Source: an uncultured Actinomycetes bacterium (lineage in GTDB: Bacteria; Actinomycetota; Acidimicrobiia; IMCC26256; DASPTH01). Taken from it: DNA of 64,000 nt. Where the stretch lies: the NCBI GenBank assembly GCA_963705625.1, contig CAVPKG010000001.1, forward strand, positions 3,790-67,789. Reading direction: 5' to 3'. This document shows, one piece after another, positions 38,467 through 46,784 of this stretch. Position 1 is the first letter of the stretch, and every line of letters starts with the position of its first letter. The notes beneath the pieces were generated by a model. That model did not search any database. It was not told the DNA's origin and saw only the letters and a list, made by a program, of their open reading frames with translations. The position numbers and the translations under genes are program-made.

Positions 38467-39189
38467 TCAGCGTGCGACGCGACCTGTTTCCAAACGGGAG
38501 ATGCGGCGGTTGGTGGCGTCGAGCAACGCCCGCGCTATGGCGTCGTCGCGGTCACGGCGTACAACCGCCGAACCCGACACTGGTAACTCGAGCGGCGGTT
38601 CGACCCATACGACGGTTACCAATGCGATGCGGTTCTTCCCGACACGCGTGACGTCTGCACCCGCGAGATGGACGGCCTCCGCGGCAGGCTCCAGTTGACG
38701 CAGCGCGTCGAGCGCCGCGGCGGCCACGAGTTGGGGACGCCCGATTGCCGCAACGGAGCCTTCGGCATAGCCGGCCTGTTCGCGCTCGCCGGCGGCGAGG
38801 ACGACCTGGGCCGTTGCGCGGACTCCCTCGGTGTCGAACCTGACGCTTCCAACACGCACTCTGGTTTCGGTGCGCACGGGCGCGCCGTGTGCGTGCTCCT
38901 CGCTGTCGCTCGCGTCGAACTGCGCTACCGACACGATGCGATGATCGAGTTCGAGTCCGAACACGGTTTGCGCAACCGCTCGTACGTCGCGCACGGTCTG
39001 CTTCGCAGGCTTGCTGTTGTCGGCGAGGACGTGCACCTCGGTCGGCCGGCCGAGGCGGTCTCCGACCACGCGCACGGCCAGCACACCGCCGAGCCGACAG
39101 AGCTCTTCCTCGAGCTCCTGAAGCTCGAGGACCCCCTCCGGCTGTGCCTCGTCCGAAGCTGATTCGCCGTTCGCCCGGTCACTCGGCAT
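38467..39189 (-). CDS. hypothetical protein (acidic N-terminus, two beta-rich halves)
   Basis: ATG 39189 has GGGAGAAA 8 nt upstream. The sequence reads ...GGVLAVRVVGDRLGRPTEVHVLADNSKPAKQTVRDVRAVAQTVFGLELDHRIVSVAQ... I recognise no family. Confidence 0.5.
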   Translation of the reverse strand: MPSDRANGESASDEAQPEGVLELQELEEELCRLGGVLAVRVVGDRLGRPTEVHVLADNSKPAKQTVRDVRAVAQTVFGLELDHRIVSVAQFDASDSEEHAHGAPVRTETRVRVGSVRFDTEGVRATAQVVLAAGEREQAGYAEGSVAAIGRPQLVAAAALDALRQLEPAAEAVHLAGADVTRVGKNRIALVTVVWVEPPLELPVSGSAVVRRDRDDAIARALLDATNRRISRLETGRVAR

Positions 39190-39406
39190 GTAGTTCCGTT
39201 TCTCCCTGAGGGCCCCGTCCCCCCGCATGGTTGCACAGGATACGGCTGCCCAACCACCCTCCGTGGGGATCATGCGTTGCAAATGTGACTCATGGGGCTT
39301 GCGTTGGGAGTCGACTACACGTGAAACTTAGGTCCCCCGATTTGAGTGGGGCTCATTCGCGGAAGCCGGGAGGGGAAGGGGACTCAAGAGTCGTCGGGGT
39401 GGAGAC

Positions 39407-39618
39407 GGCAAGGCCTCGGCCTTCACACACGAACACCTGAAGCGAAGCGACTTATCCCCAGGGCGCGCAGCGTTGCCCAGGCGGGAGATCGAGGTTTCAG
39501 GGGGTCTTGTGAAGAAGACCGTGTACCGCGTTGCGGCCAGCGCGTCAGCACTGGTCGCAGTGCTGCTCGCCGGTGGCGCTTCACGTGGAGGTAGTCCCGA
39601 TGCGGCCGAGGCCTTGCC
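39407..39618. repeat. 15-nt perfect inverted repeat bracketing the leader of the HD-GYP-like gene
   Basis: GGCAAGGCCTCGGCC at 39407..39421 and GGCCGAGGCCTTGCC at 39604..39618 are exact reverse complements, 182 nt apart. Confidence 0.7.
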
Positions 39619-39638
39619 TTGTCTACCCCAGGTCCTCA

Positions 39639-40960
39639 ATGGAAACCGAACGAGATACCCAGCGAACGATTCGTGTAGCCGTGCTTGTGTTGTGCGGCAT
39701 CGCAGTCGCGCTCGTAGCGTGCGTTTCGGTTATCGCGGTCGAGAACTGGAGCACAGATGTCGCCGTCGCCATAGCGGTACTTGGCCTGCTGGCCATCGCC
39801 GCAATGAACTTTGACGTCCCAACCAGCGACAGCGTGGGCATGAGCGGTACCGCGATGATCTTCATTGGTTCGCTCGTGGTCTTTCGAGCACAGAACTTCG
39901 CAATCGGACCTGCGATCGTTGGAATCTGTGCGGCGATCGACTTTCGCCACATTCGCGAAGCGGGCATGGCTCAAGATTGCGTTCAACGCGTCCGCAGCCA
40001 CGATCTCGCTGCTTGGGGCCTCTGCGTTGTTCTGGATCATGACTGACGAGCCAAGACCTAGTGCCCAGGCGACCCTTGCTCTAGCGGTCGCTGTCAGCGC
40101 AATGGCGTATTTGTGTGTCAATGCCGCTCTCGTCAGTGTTCCGGTGTCGCTGAGTGATCGGGAGCCGTACGCCAAGGTCCTTCGTCAGATCGCCGCATTC
40201 GACCTCAGTTCGTACCCGTACGCGGTTCTCGGACTGGGACTCGGTTGGGTGTACCTCGAGCTGGGAGCGGCGGTCGTGCCGCTGCTCGTCGTGCCGATCT
40301 TCATCGCCCGAGGCACGTTTGCGAGCTACCTCGAGTTGAAGGCGGCGCAGGAGCAGACGATCGAGACGCTTGATCCTGGCGCTCGAGGCGAAGGACCGGT
40401 ACACGGCCGGCCACGCGCAACGCGTCGCGACGTTCTCCGAGTACGTGGGCGAGGAACTTCGGTTCAGCCCGCGTCGCATGGAGCGGCTGCGCTACGCGGC
40501 GCTCATGCACGACATCGGCAAGCTCATCGTGCCGAACCAGCTCCTCAACAAGCCCGGCCGTCTCACCGAGGCCGAGTTCGAGCGGGTCAAGCGTCACGAG
40601 TCCGTGTCGGTCGAGCTGCTCCGCCGCATCGACTTCCTCGCTCCGGTCGCCGGCGACACGACGACCGAGGCCGCTACTGCGGCCGTCGACGGCACCGGGC
40701 TGGTCGAGCCCGCGATCATCCACGTGGCCGACGCCTTCGACGCCATGACCTCGACCCGCTCGTACCGCACGGCGCTCAGCCCAGGAGACGGCATTCGACG
40801 AGCTCCGCGAACGGCGCGGGCACGCAGTTCAACGACGGCGTGCGTCGACGCGCTGATCGCGCGCGATCGAGCGCCGCGGCGAGCAGTACGGCGCCGGCCA
40901 CGAGGTCGACGACCACGACTGGGAGGTCGCGCCGCCCGAGGCCGGGACCGGCTCGGCGGG
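39639..40960 (+). pseudogene. membrane-anchored HD-GYP-like phosphohydrolase, module A (>=4 frame switches; GYP motif not seen)
   Basis: The TM region starts at METERDTQRTIRVAVLVLCGIAV (ORF 39531) and continues in ORF 39865. The HD domain LALEAKDRYTAGHAQRVATFSEYVGEEL...LRYAALMHDIGKLIVP...IIHVADAFDAMTSTRSYR is in ORF 40370. The tail ETAFDELRERAGTQFND is in ORF 39865. Confidence 0.65.
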
Positions 40961-41029
40961 CCTCGGGCGACCTCGATCGCCGAGGAGCCGGGCCGAGGAT
41001 CGGGCAGGCAAGCGTGGGCGGCTCCTCCA

Positions 41030-42203
41030 GGTCGGTGTCCTCTGGCAGGCGGCGCGGTCGTGGCATTGGGAACGGAGCTCTCCGACCCGGGCACCACGTG
41101 GGCCGCGCTCGCGCTCATCGGCGGCGCGATCGCGGCGGGCGAGCTGATCGAGCTGCCGACCGCCCCTCCGGGCTCGCGCCTCCCGATCTCGTTCGCGTTC
41201 ATGGTCGTGCTCGCCGAGCACGCGTCGGTCGAGGACGCCGCGCTCGTGCTGCTCGTCGCGCTGCTCGCGAGCTTCCTCGTCCGCTCCGAGCCGACCACGG
41301 TCGAAGGTCGCCTCGCGCTGTTCGCTGGAGCGACTCGCCGAAGGCCTGGCCACCGTGCTCGTGTACCACGCGGCATGGCCGATGCTGGGCACGCCGACCG
41401 ACCGGGCCAGCGTGCTGTTCGCGCTCGCGGTCGCGTCGATCGCGCCGATCGTCGTCGCCGAGATCGCTCGCATGGTGCGTGAGCGGAGCCTGGGCATCAC
41501 GTGCACGGTCGCATCGCCGATCGTCGCGCTGTCACGAGCGCGATGCTCATGGCGATCAGCGACCAGGGCGTCGATGGCACGGTGGCATGGGCCTGTGGGG
41601 TCCCGTCGTGCTTCACGATCCCGTTGCTCGCGGCCTGGTACTCCTACGAGCACCTCGACGTGATCCGCCGCACCTACGACCAGACGATCCGCGCGCTCGG
41701 CGCCGCGCCCGAGCTCGGCGGCATGGTGCGCGACGGGCATGCCGAACGCGTGGCTCGCATCTGACGGTCGCGATCGCGCAGCGAGCTGGGCTTCTCGCGT
41801 CACGAGCTCGAACACCTCGAGACCGCTGCGCTGCTGCACCACCTCGGTCAGGTGTGCCTCGACGAGCCGGAGGACGGCCGCCCACCGGAATCGGTCGCGG
41901 TCGCGCAAGCGGGCGCGGAGATCCTGCGCAGCACGCCAGCTGCTCGCGCCGGCGGGCGACATCATCGCGGCCGAATCGATGGCGTAGCGCGACAAGGTCG
42001 CGTCGCGTCCGTCGGTGATGTCGGGGCAGATGCTGAAGATCGCGAGCGCGTTCGACGAGCTGTCGCGGGGCCGTCCCGACTGCGCGGCCGCTGCGCTCGA
42101 GGCGCTCTACTCGGCGCCGGCGTTCGTCTACGACGCGCGGGTGCTGGGGGCGCTCGAGGTCGCGCTCGATCGGGCCGGTCTGCTCCCCTCGGTCACGTCG
42201 TAG
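41030..42203 (+). pseudogene. second membrane-anchored HD-domain module B (paralogous; >=5 frame switches; may be fused to module A)
   Basis: The module is spread over three frames. Segments: TWAALALIGGAIAAGELIELP...ISFAFMVVLAEH / LATVLVYHAAWPMLG...VAEIARMV / YDQTIRALGAAPELGGMVRDGHAERVA / ELEHLETAALLHHLGQVCL / MLKIASAFDELSRG (ORF 42015..42203). Confidence 0.5.
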
Positions 42204-42773
42204 CCGACCGGTCCGCTTCGGGCAGATAGGTACCGCGGCGGCGAGGCCGCCGGCTCGCCTCGAAGCAGATGTCGATCGATGCCGATTCCGATCACGATGT
42301 CGCCGATCGAGAACTGCTGGTTCGGCACACCGGGGGCGGTGATCACATCGCCGAGGAACGGGAGCTTGTCGTCGCTCTCGCGGGGCTGGTGCTTCACCGT
42401 TCGCTCGATCGGTACGTGCACCTCGCGGCCGTTGCGCTCCTTCACGTCGTCCTTGGTTGGCATGCCCGCCGTTCAGCGCGATCACGAGCACGTTCAGCCC
42501 TACTCCGATCGCGACGATGTACATCCCACTCATGCGCCGGTTCAGGAAGCAGAAGGCGAGGATGAGGACGTAGGACGTCAGCAGGATCGCGAGGCCGAGG
42601 TCGTCGATCCGTGCCTTCGGGAAGTCGACCAGCTCGAGCGCAACCTGGATGATCAGAGCGACGAGCAACAGCCAGAGCGCGTGCAAGTGGATGCGGCCGA
42701 TCCGCTGGAAGCTCCCCTTGGTGACGACCACGACCAGTACGGCCACGACGATCGTCGCCACGAAGAACACCAC
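42128..42773 (-). CDS. DUF5317-family membrane protein, frameshift near 42465; both ends uncertain
   Basis: VVFFVATIVVAVLVVVVTKGSFQRIGRIHLHALWLLLVALIIQVA...MYIVAIGVGLNVLVIALNGG is in ORF 41613..43046. MP...LPFLGDVITAPG...FSIGDIVIGIG is in ORF 42128..42463. Confidence 0.6.
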
Positions 42774-42815
42774 GGCGATACGGTACCGATCCGGGTACTT
42801 CGGACAGGAGCAAAC

Positions 42816-43034
42816 GTGTACGACGTGCGCACTCCCGTGAGCGGAACCGTCGTCCGGGTCGTCGTCGACGAAGGTCAGATGATCGCCGAGGAGGACCCAG
42901 TCGCGGCCATCGATGACGACGGTGTCGAAACGGTCGTCGTCACCCAGGTGCCCGGCGTCGTCCGCGAGCTCTACATCGAAGGGGGCCGGCCAGTGAGCGC
43001 GGGCGATGTGATCGCGCGCATCGACGAATCGTGA
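42816..43034 (+). CDS. 72-aa biotinyl/lipoyl-like barrel protein lacking the modifiable lysine
   Basis: GTG 42816 has AGGAG 7 nt upstream. VYDVRTPVSGTVVRVVVDEGQMIAEEDPVAAIDDDGVETVVVTQVPGVVRELYIEGGRPVSAGDVIARIDES matches the P.G.V..V.V.EGD.V...L..+EAMKME..+.AP..G.V....V..GD.V..G..L fold. DDDG replaces the AMKM motif. Confidence 0.55.
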   Translation: MYDVRTPVSGTVVRVVVDEGQMIAEEDPVAAIDDDGVETVVVTQVPGVVRELYIEGGRPVSAGDVIARIDES

Positions 43035-43076
43035 CTCACGACCCACGATCAGGCAGCCGGACCTACGCGCTCCGCG

Positions 43077-43988
43077 CTAGTAGTTCGACGGGAGCATGCG
43101 CTCGAGGTACGTGTAGAACACGAAGAGCGCGGCGAGGAACGGGATCACGCCGACGAACCAGGTTGTCCAGCGCGGGTAACGGTGGAAGAGCCACCACCAG
43201 AGCAGCCCGATCGTCGCGACGACGATTCCCCAGAGCAGCGCCGGCAGTCGCGACGAACGCTCACCCGAAAGCCCGCTGATCGCGCTCGGCGCGGGGTTCT
43301 TGCCGCGGCTCGGAGGGAGCGGAGTCGCACCCGTGGGCATCACGAGCGACGCCTCCACGATGAGTCGCTGTGCGGCGGAGTACTTCGGGTTGCACGTGGT
43401 GAGCGTGAGCGTCGCGAGCTGTGACCGACGGCGGATCGGGGAGCAGCACGTCGCCGTCGTTGGGATCCACCGCGAACGGGTCCTGATCCACCTTGTACAT
43501 GAAGGTGCCCTGGACGGTTTGCACGGTGATCTCGTCGCCCGCCGCGAGCTGATCGAGGTCGCCGAACGGTGCGCCGTAGGTCGTGCGGTGGCCGGCGATG
43601 GCCGCGTTGCCCTCGCTGACCGGGCAACGGCGTGCCGGGGTAGTGGCCGGGGCCCTTGCGGAGGTCGTCGCACGTCGACGCCTTCGACGACGTAGGCGTT
43701 CGACGCCGATCTTCGGGATGTCGATACGACCGACCGCGTCGCCGTTCGGGGGAACCTCGACCGGGCCGACCGTCGTGGTCGGCAGCGTGGTGGCCGTCGG
43801 GTCGGGCTGTCGTCGTGGTCGACGGTGTCTTGCTGTGTCCGGAGGTGCTCCTGGAACTGGTCCTTCAGGCGGTTCTGGGCCTGGGCCTCGTAGATGCCGG
43901 TGCCCCAGAGCTGGTACGCGACGAAGAGCAGCAGGAGGATGCCGACCGTGATGAGGACGCGGCCGATCGCGCCGAGGACGCGCCGCAT
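43077..43988 (-). pseudogene. class E sortase with C-terminal membrane extension, >=5 frame switches
   Basis: Segments: [30 protein letters not shown] / GDAVGRIDIPKIGV / EGNAAIAGHRTTYGAPFGDLDQLAAGDEITVQT / LTLTTCNPKYSAAQRLIV (TLxTC). They are followed by ALLWGIVVATIGLLWWWLF...VIPFLAALFVFY. Confidence 0.7.
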
Positions 43989-44085
43989 CGCGAGCAGGGT
44001 AACGGAGCGCACGCACCGGCGCCGGTTCGACCCACCGGGCGGACCGTTCGTACACTCGGTTGCCATCCACCGCCCGGAGGCGAGT

Positions 44086-44761
44086 GTGCCCACCGTCGTC
44101 CGTCTCCGCTCCGCCGTCTGCCTGCTCGATCGCTTTCCCGCCCTCGCCGGGGTCGATCTCGACCTCGCCGCGGGTGAGATCGTGCTGCTCTCGGGCGCGA
44201 ACGGCGCCGGCAAGACCACGCTGCTGCGCCTCCTCGCGGGTCTCGTGCCGCTGCTACTCGGGTGAAGCGGTGGTCCTCGACTGCGATCTCGCGCGCGATC
44301 GGAGGAGCGCCCGCCGCGAGCTCGCGCTCGTCGGGCACGAGACGTTTTGCTACGACGACCTCACCGTGCGCGAGAACCTGCGGTTCGCGGCACGCGCCGC
44401 GGGACGGGATGCTGCCGCGGCGGACGACGCGCTCGAACGGGTCGGGCTCGCGGGCGCACGCGACGTGCAGCACCGCAAGCTGTCGGCCGGGCAGCGCCGA
44501 CGGCTGTCGCTCGCGGTGGCGTGGTCACGTGCCCCGAAACTGCTGCTGCTCGACGAACCGCATGCCGGGCTCGACGCCGAGGGCCGCGCAGTGCTCGACG
44601 AGATCGTGAAGGCCGCGCCGAGCGAGGGCCGCAGCGTGCTCATCGCGTCGCACGAACTCGACCGCACCCGCGCCCTCGCGAACCGCGAAGTCGTACTGAC
44701 CGCCGGCCAGGCGGCGGGCGGGGTATCCCCGGACGCAACGAGCGAGCGAGTAGTCAGGTGA
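44086..44761 (+). CDS. ccmA: heme exporter ATP-binding protein CcmA, frameshift near 44255
   Basis: GTG 44086 gives [51 protein letters not shown] (ORF 43894..44265). [12 protein letters not shown]...[12 protein letters not shown]...VLIASHE follows in ORF 44060..44761. Confidence 0.8.
44717..44757. repeat. REP/MITE-like element, partial solo copy 3, inside the ccmA 3' end
   Basis: GCGGGCGGGG-TAT-CCCCGGACGC-AAC-GAGCGAGCGAG-TAGTCAGG. It shares the right half (GAGCGAGCGA.TAGTCAGG) with copy 2. The stem has 2 mismatches. Coordinates are +/-2. Confidence 0.55.
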
Positions 44762-45434
44762 ACCTCTGGCAAGAGGTGCGGCTGGTCGCGGGGAAGGACC
44801 TCCGTATCGAGGCCCGCTCACGTGTCACGATTCAGCAGATCGCTGCCGTTCGGCCTGATCGTGCTCCTCCTGTTCGCGTTCGCGCTCGATCCCGACCGTG
44901 GCGTGTTGAAACGAGTCGCGCCCGGCCTGTTCTGGGTGACGGTGCTCCTCGCGTCGCTCCTCGCGGTGTCGCGTGCGTACGCCATCGAAGCCGACAACGG
45001 CGCGCGCGACGGCCTCCGGCTCTCGGGTCTCGACGGGCCCGCGCTGTTCCTCGGAAAGGCGGCGGCCATCGCGGTGCAGCTGGTCGTGCTGGAAGTGGTG
45101 CTCGCGGTCGTGCGTGGTCGTGCTCTACGGGATCGAGCTGAACACCCTCGTGCCGCTCGTGCTCGCCACGCTGGCCGCGACCGTCGGCGTGGCCGCCACC
45201 GGTACCTTGTACGGCGTGCTCGCAGCGGGGCTGCGGGTACGCGAGACCCTCGTGCCGGTCTTGCTGCTGCCGGTGGTGGCGCCGGTGTTGCTCGGGGCCA
45301 CCCGATCCTGGGAGGCCGCCATCGACGGCGTCCCGTCGGACGCGTGGCCGTGGGTGGGCCTGCTCGGGGTCTTCGCCGTGTTGTTCACCGCGATCGGGAT
45401 GCTCGCCTTCGGGCCGCTCCTGGAGGAAGCATGA
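44758..45434 (+). CDS. ccmB: heme exporter permease CcmB, frame switches near 44825 and 45110
   Basis: GTG 44758 overlaps the ccmA stop (GTGA). Segments: [23 protein letters not shown] / LPFGLIVLLLFAFALD...FWVTVLLASLLAVSRAY..E / LYGIELNTLVPLVLATLAATVGVAATGTLYG...LLLPVVAP. Confidence 0.75.
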
Positions 45435-46189
45435 GACTGCTGAAGCCGCAGGTGGCGACGGTGCTGGGGTGGCTCTCGCTCGTCGCGCTCGTGGTCCTCG
45501 CACTCTTCGGCCTCTGGGGAGCGCCGCCCGACCGCGTGCAGAGCGACGCGCAGCGCCTCATGTATCTCCACGTTCCCTGCGCGTGGGTGGCGTACCTCGC
45601 GTTCGGCGTCACCGCGATCTCGTCGGCGCTGTGGTTGTGGCCGCGGACTCGGGCGGTCGTCTGGGACCGCGTTGCTGCCTCGTCGGCAGAACTCGGTGTG
45701 ATCTTCACCGCGCTCACCCTCGTGCTCGGGTCCCTCTGGGGACGACCGGTCTGGGGTGTGTGGTGGGCATGGGACGCTCGGCTCGTCACCACCGCCGTCC
45801 TGTTCTTCCTCTACCTCGGGTACCTCGCGCTGCGGCACATCCCGAGCCCGCCCGATGCCCGCGCGAAACGCTGTGCGATCGCCGCGCTGATCGCATTCGC
45901 CGACGTGCCGATCGTCCATTTCTCGGTCACATGGTGGCGCACCCTGCACCAGCAGGGAACGGTGTTCAACTCCGAGCTCGACGCGCACATTCACGGCGTG
46001 ATGGCCTTCACGCTCTGGTTCGGGGTGCTCGCGTTCACCTTGCTGTACCTGTACCTCCTCGATCGGCGCTACCGCCTGCTCGCGCTCGACGAGTCGCGTG
46101 AAGAGCGCGAAGTCGCGCAGGCGATCGCCGAGCGTGTCGCGCCACCCGCGCCGCCGGGGCCACCGGTCGAAGTAGGGGCGCCCCGATGA
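45431..46189 (+). CDS. ccmC: heme exporter / heme lyase component CcmC
   Basis: MRLLKPQV...MYLHVPCAWVAYLAF...WGRPVWGVWWAWDARL (WWD motif) ...HFSVTWWRTLHQ. The gene is intact. Its ATGA overlaps the ccmB stop. Confidence 0.9.
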   Translation: MRLLKPQVATVLGWLSLVALVVLALFGLWGAPPDRVQSDAQRLMYLHVPCAWVAYLAFGVTAISSALWLWPRTRAVVWDRVAASSAELGVIFTALTLVLGSLWGRPVWGVWWAWDARLVTTAVLFFLYLGYLALRHIPSPPDARAKRCAIAALIAFADVPIVHFSVTWWRTLHQQGTVFNSELDAHIHGVMAFTLWFGVLAFTLLYLYLLDRRYRLLALDESREEREVAQAIAERVAPPAPPGPPVEVGAPR

Positions 46190-46314
46190 GATTCGCCGAG
46201 TATGTGATCACGGGTTGGGTGCTCACGGGGGTGACCCTCGGCGCGTATTGGTTCTGGATCGTGCGCCGCACGAAGCGCGCGGAGCAGTCGTTGCCCAACA
46301 GCGAGGTCGAGTGA
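46186..46314 (+). CDS. ccmD: heme exporter protein CcmD (42 aa, single TM)
   Basis: MRFAEYVITGWVLTGVTLGAYWFWIVRRTKRAEQSLPNSEVE. It is too short for the ORF track. ATGA overlaps the ccmC stop and GTGA overlaps the ccmE start. Confidence 0.6.
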   Translation: MRFAEYVITGWVLTGVTLGAYWFWIVRRTKRAEQSLPNSEVE

Positions 46315-46784
46315 CGACAGTCGCGTCGCCCCCCGCTCCACCGTCCGAGCCGCGGCGTCGCCCGAACCGCACGCGATACGTCGTCGCGGTGGGCGGGTGC
46401 GTGTTTGCCGTGATCGCGATCGTGGTGCTCGCGATCGTGCTCTCGAACAACGTCGTCTACTTCCGCACCGTGTCGGAGGCGGTGCACAACCGCGCCGACG
46501 AAGGCACCTCGCGGTTCCGCCTCGCCGGCGCGGTGGTCGACGGATCGGTGCACGAAACCGGGCGCGGGGTGCGCTTCGAGGTCACCGACGGCAAGCACAC
46601 CGTCGCCGTCGACCACACCGGCGATCCGCCCGATCTGTTCAAGGAGGGCGCACCGGTCGTGTGCGAGGGCCATTGGGCGAGCACGGCGAAGAACGCCGCG
46701 TTCGACTCGGACCGGATCCTCATCAAGCACGGCGCCGACTACGAGCCACCGAAGGTCGACACGAGCAAGCGCAGTCGGCAGTGA
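46311..46784 (+). CDS. ccmE: cytochrome c maturation heme chaperone CcmE
   Basis: A TM anchor is followed by NNVVYFRTVSE...FRLAGAVVDGSV...VRFEVTDG...FKEGAPVVCEG...RILIKHGADYEP, which holds the heme-binding His. Confidence 0.85.
   Translation: MTTVASPPAPPSEPRRRPNRTRYVVAVGGCVFAVIAIVVLAIVLSNNVVYFRTVSEAVHNRADEGTSRFRLAGAVVDGSVHETGRGVRFEVTDGKHTVAVDHTGDPPDLFKEGAPVVCEGHWASTAKNAAFDSDRILIKHGADYEPPKVDTSKRSRQ

Noticed and set aside
39509-39814. ORF 39473..39814 as a real 100-aa protein
   Set aside because: Only the first ~25 codons (signal-peptide-like) look protein-like. The rest is Arg/Cys-rich and overlaps the HD-GYP-like gene out of frame. I kept it only as a possible short uORF in the leader finding.
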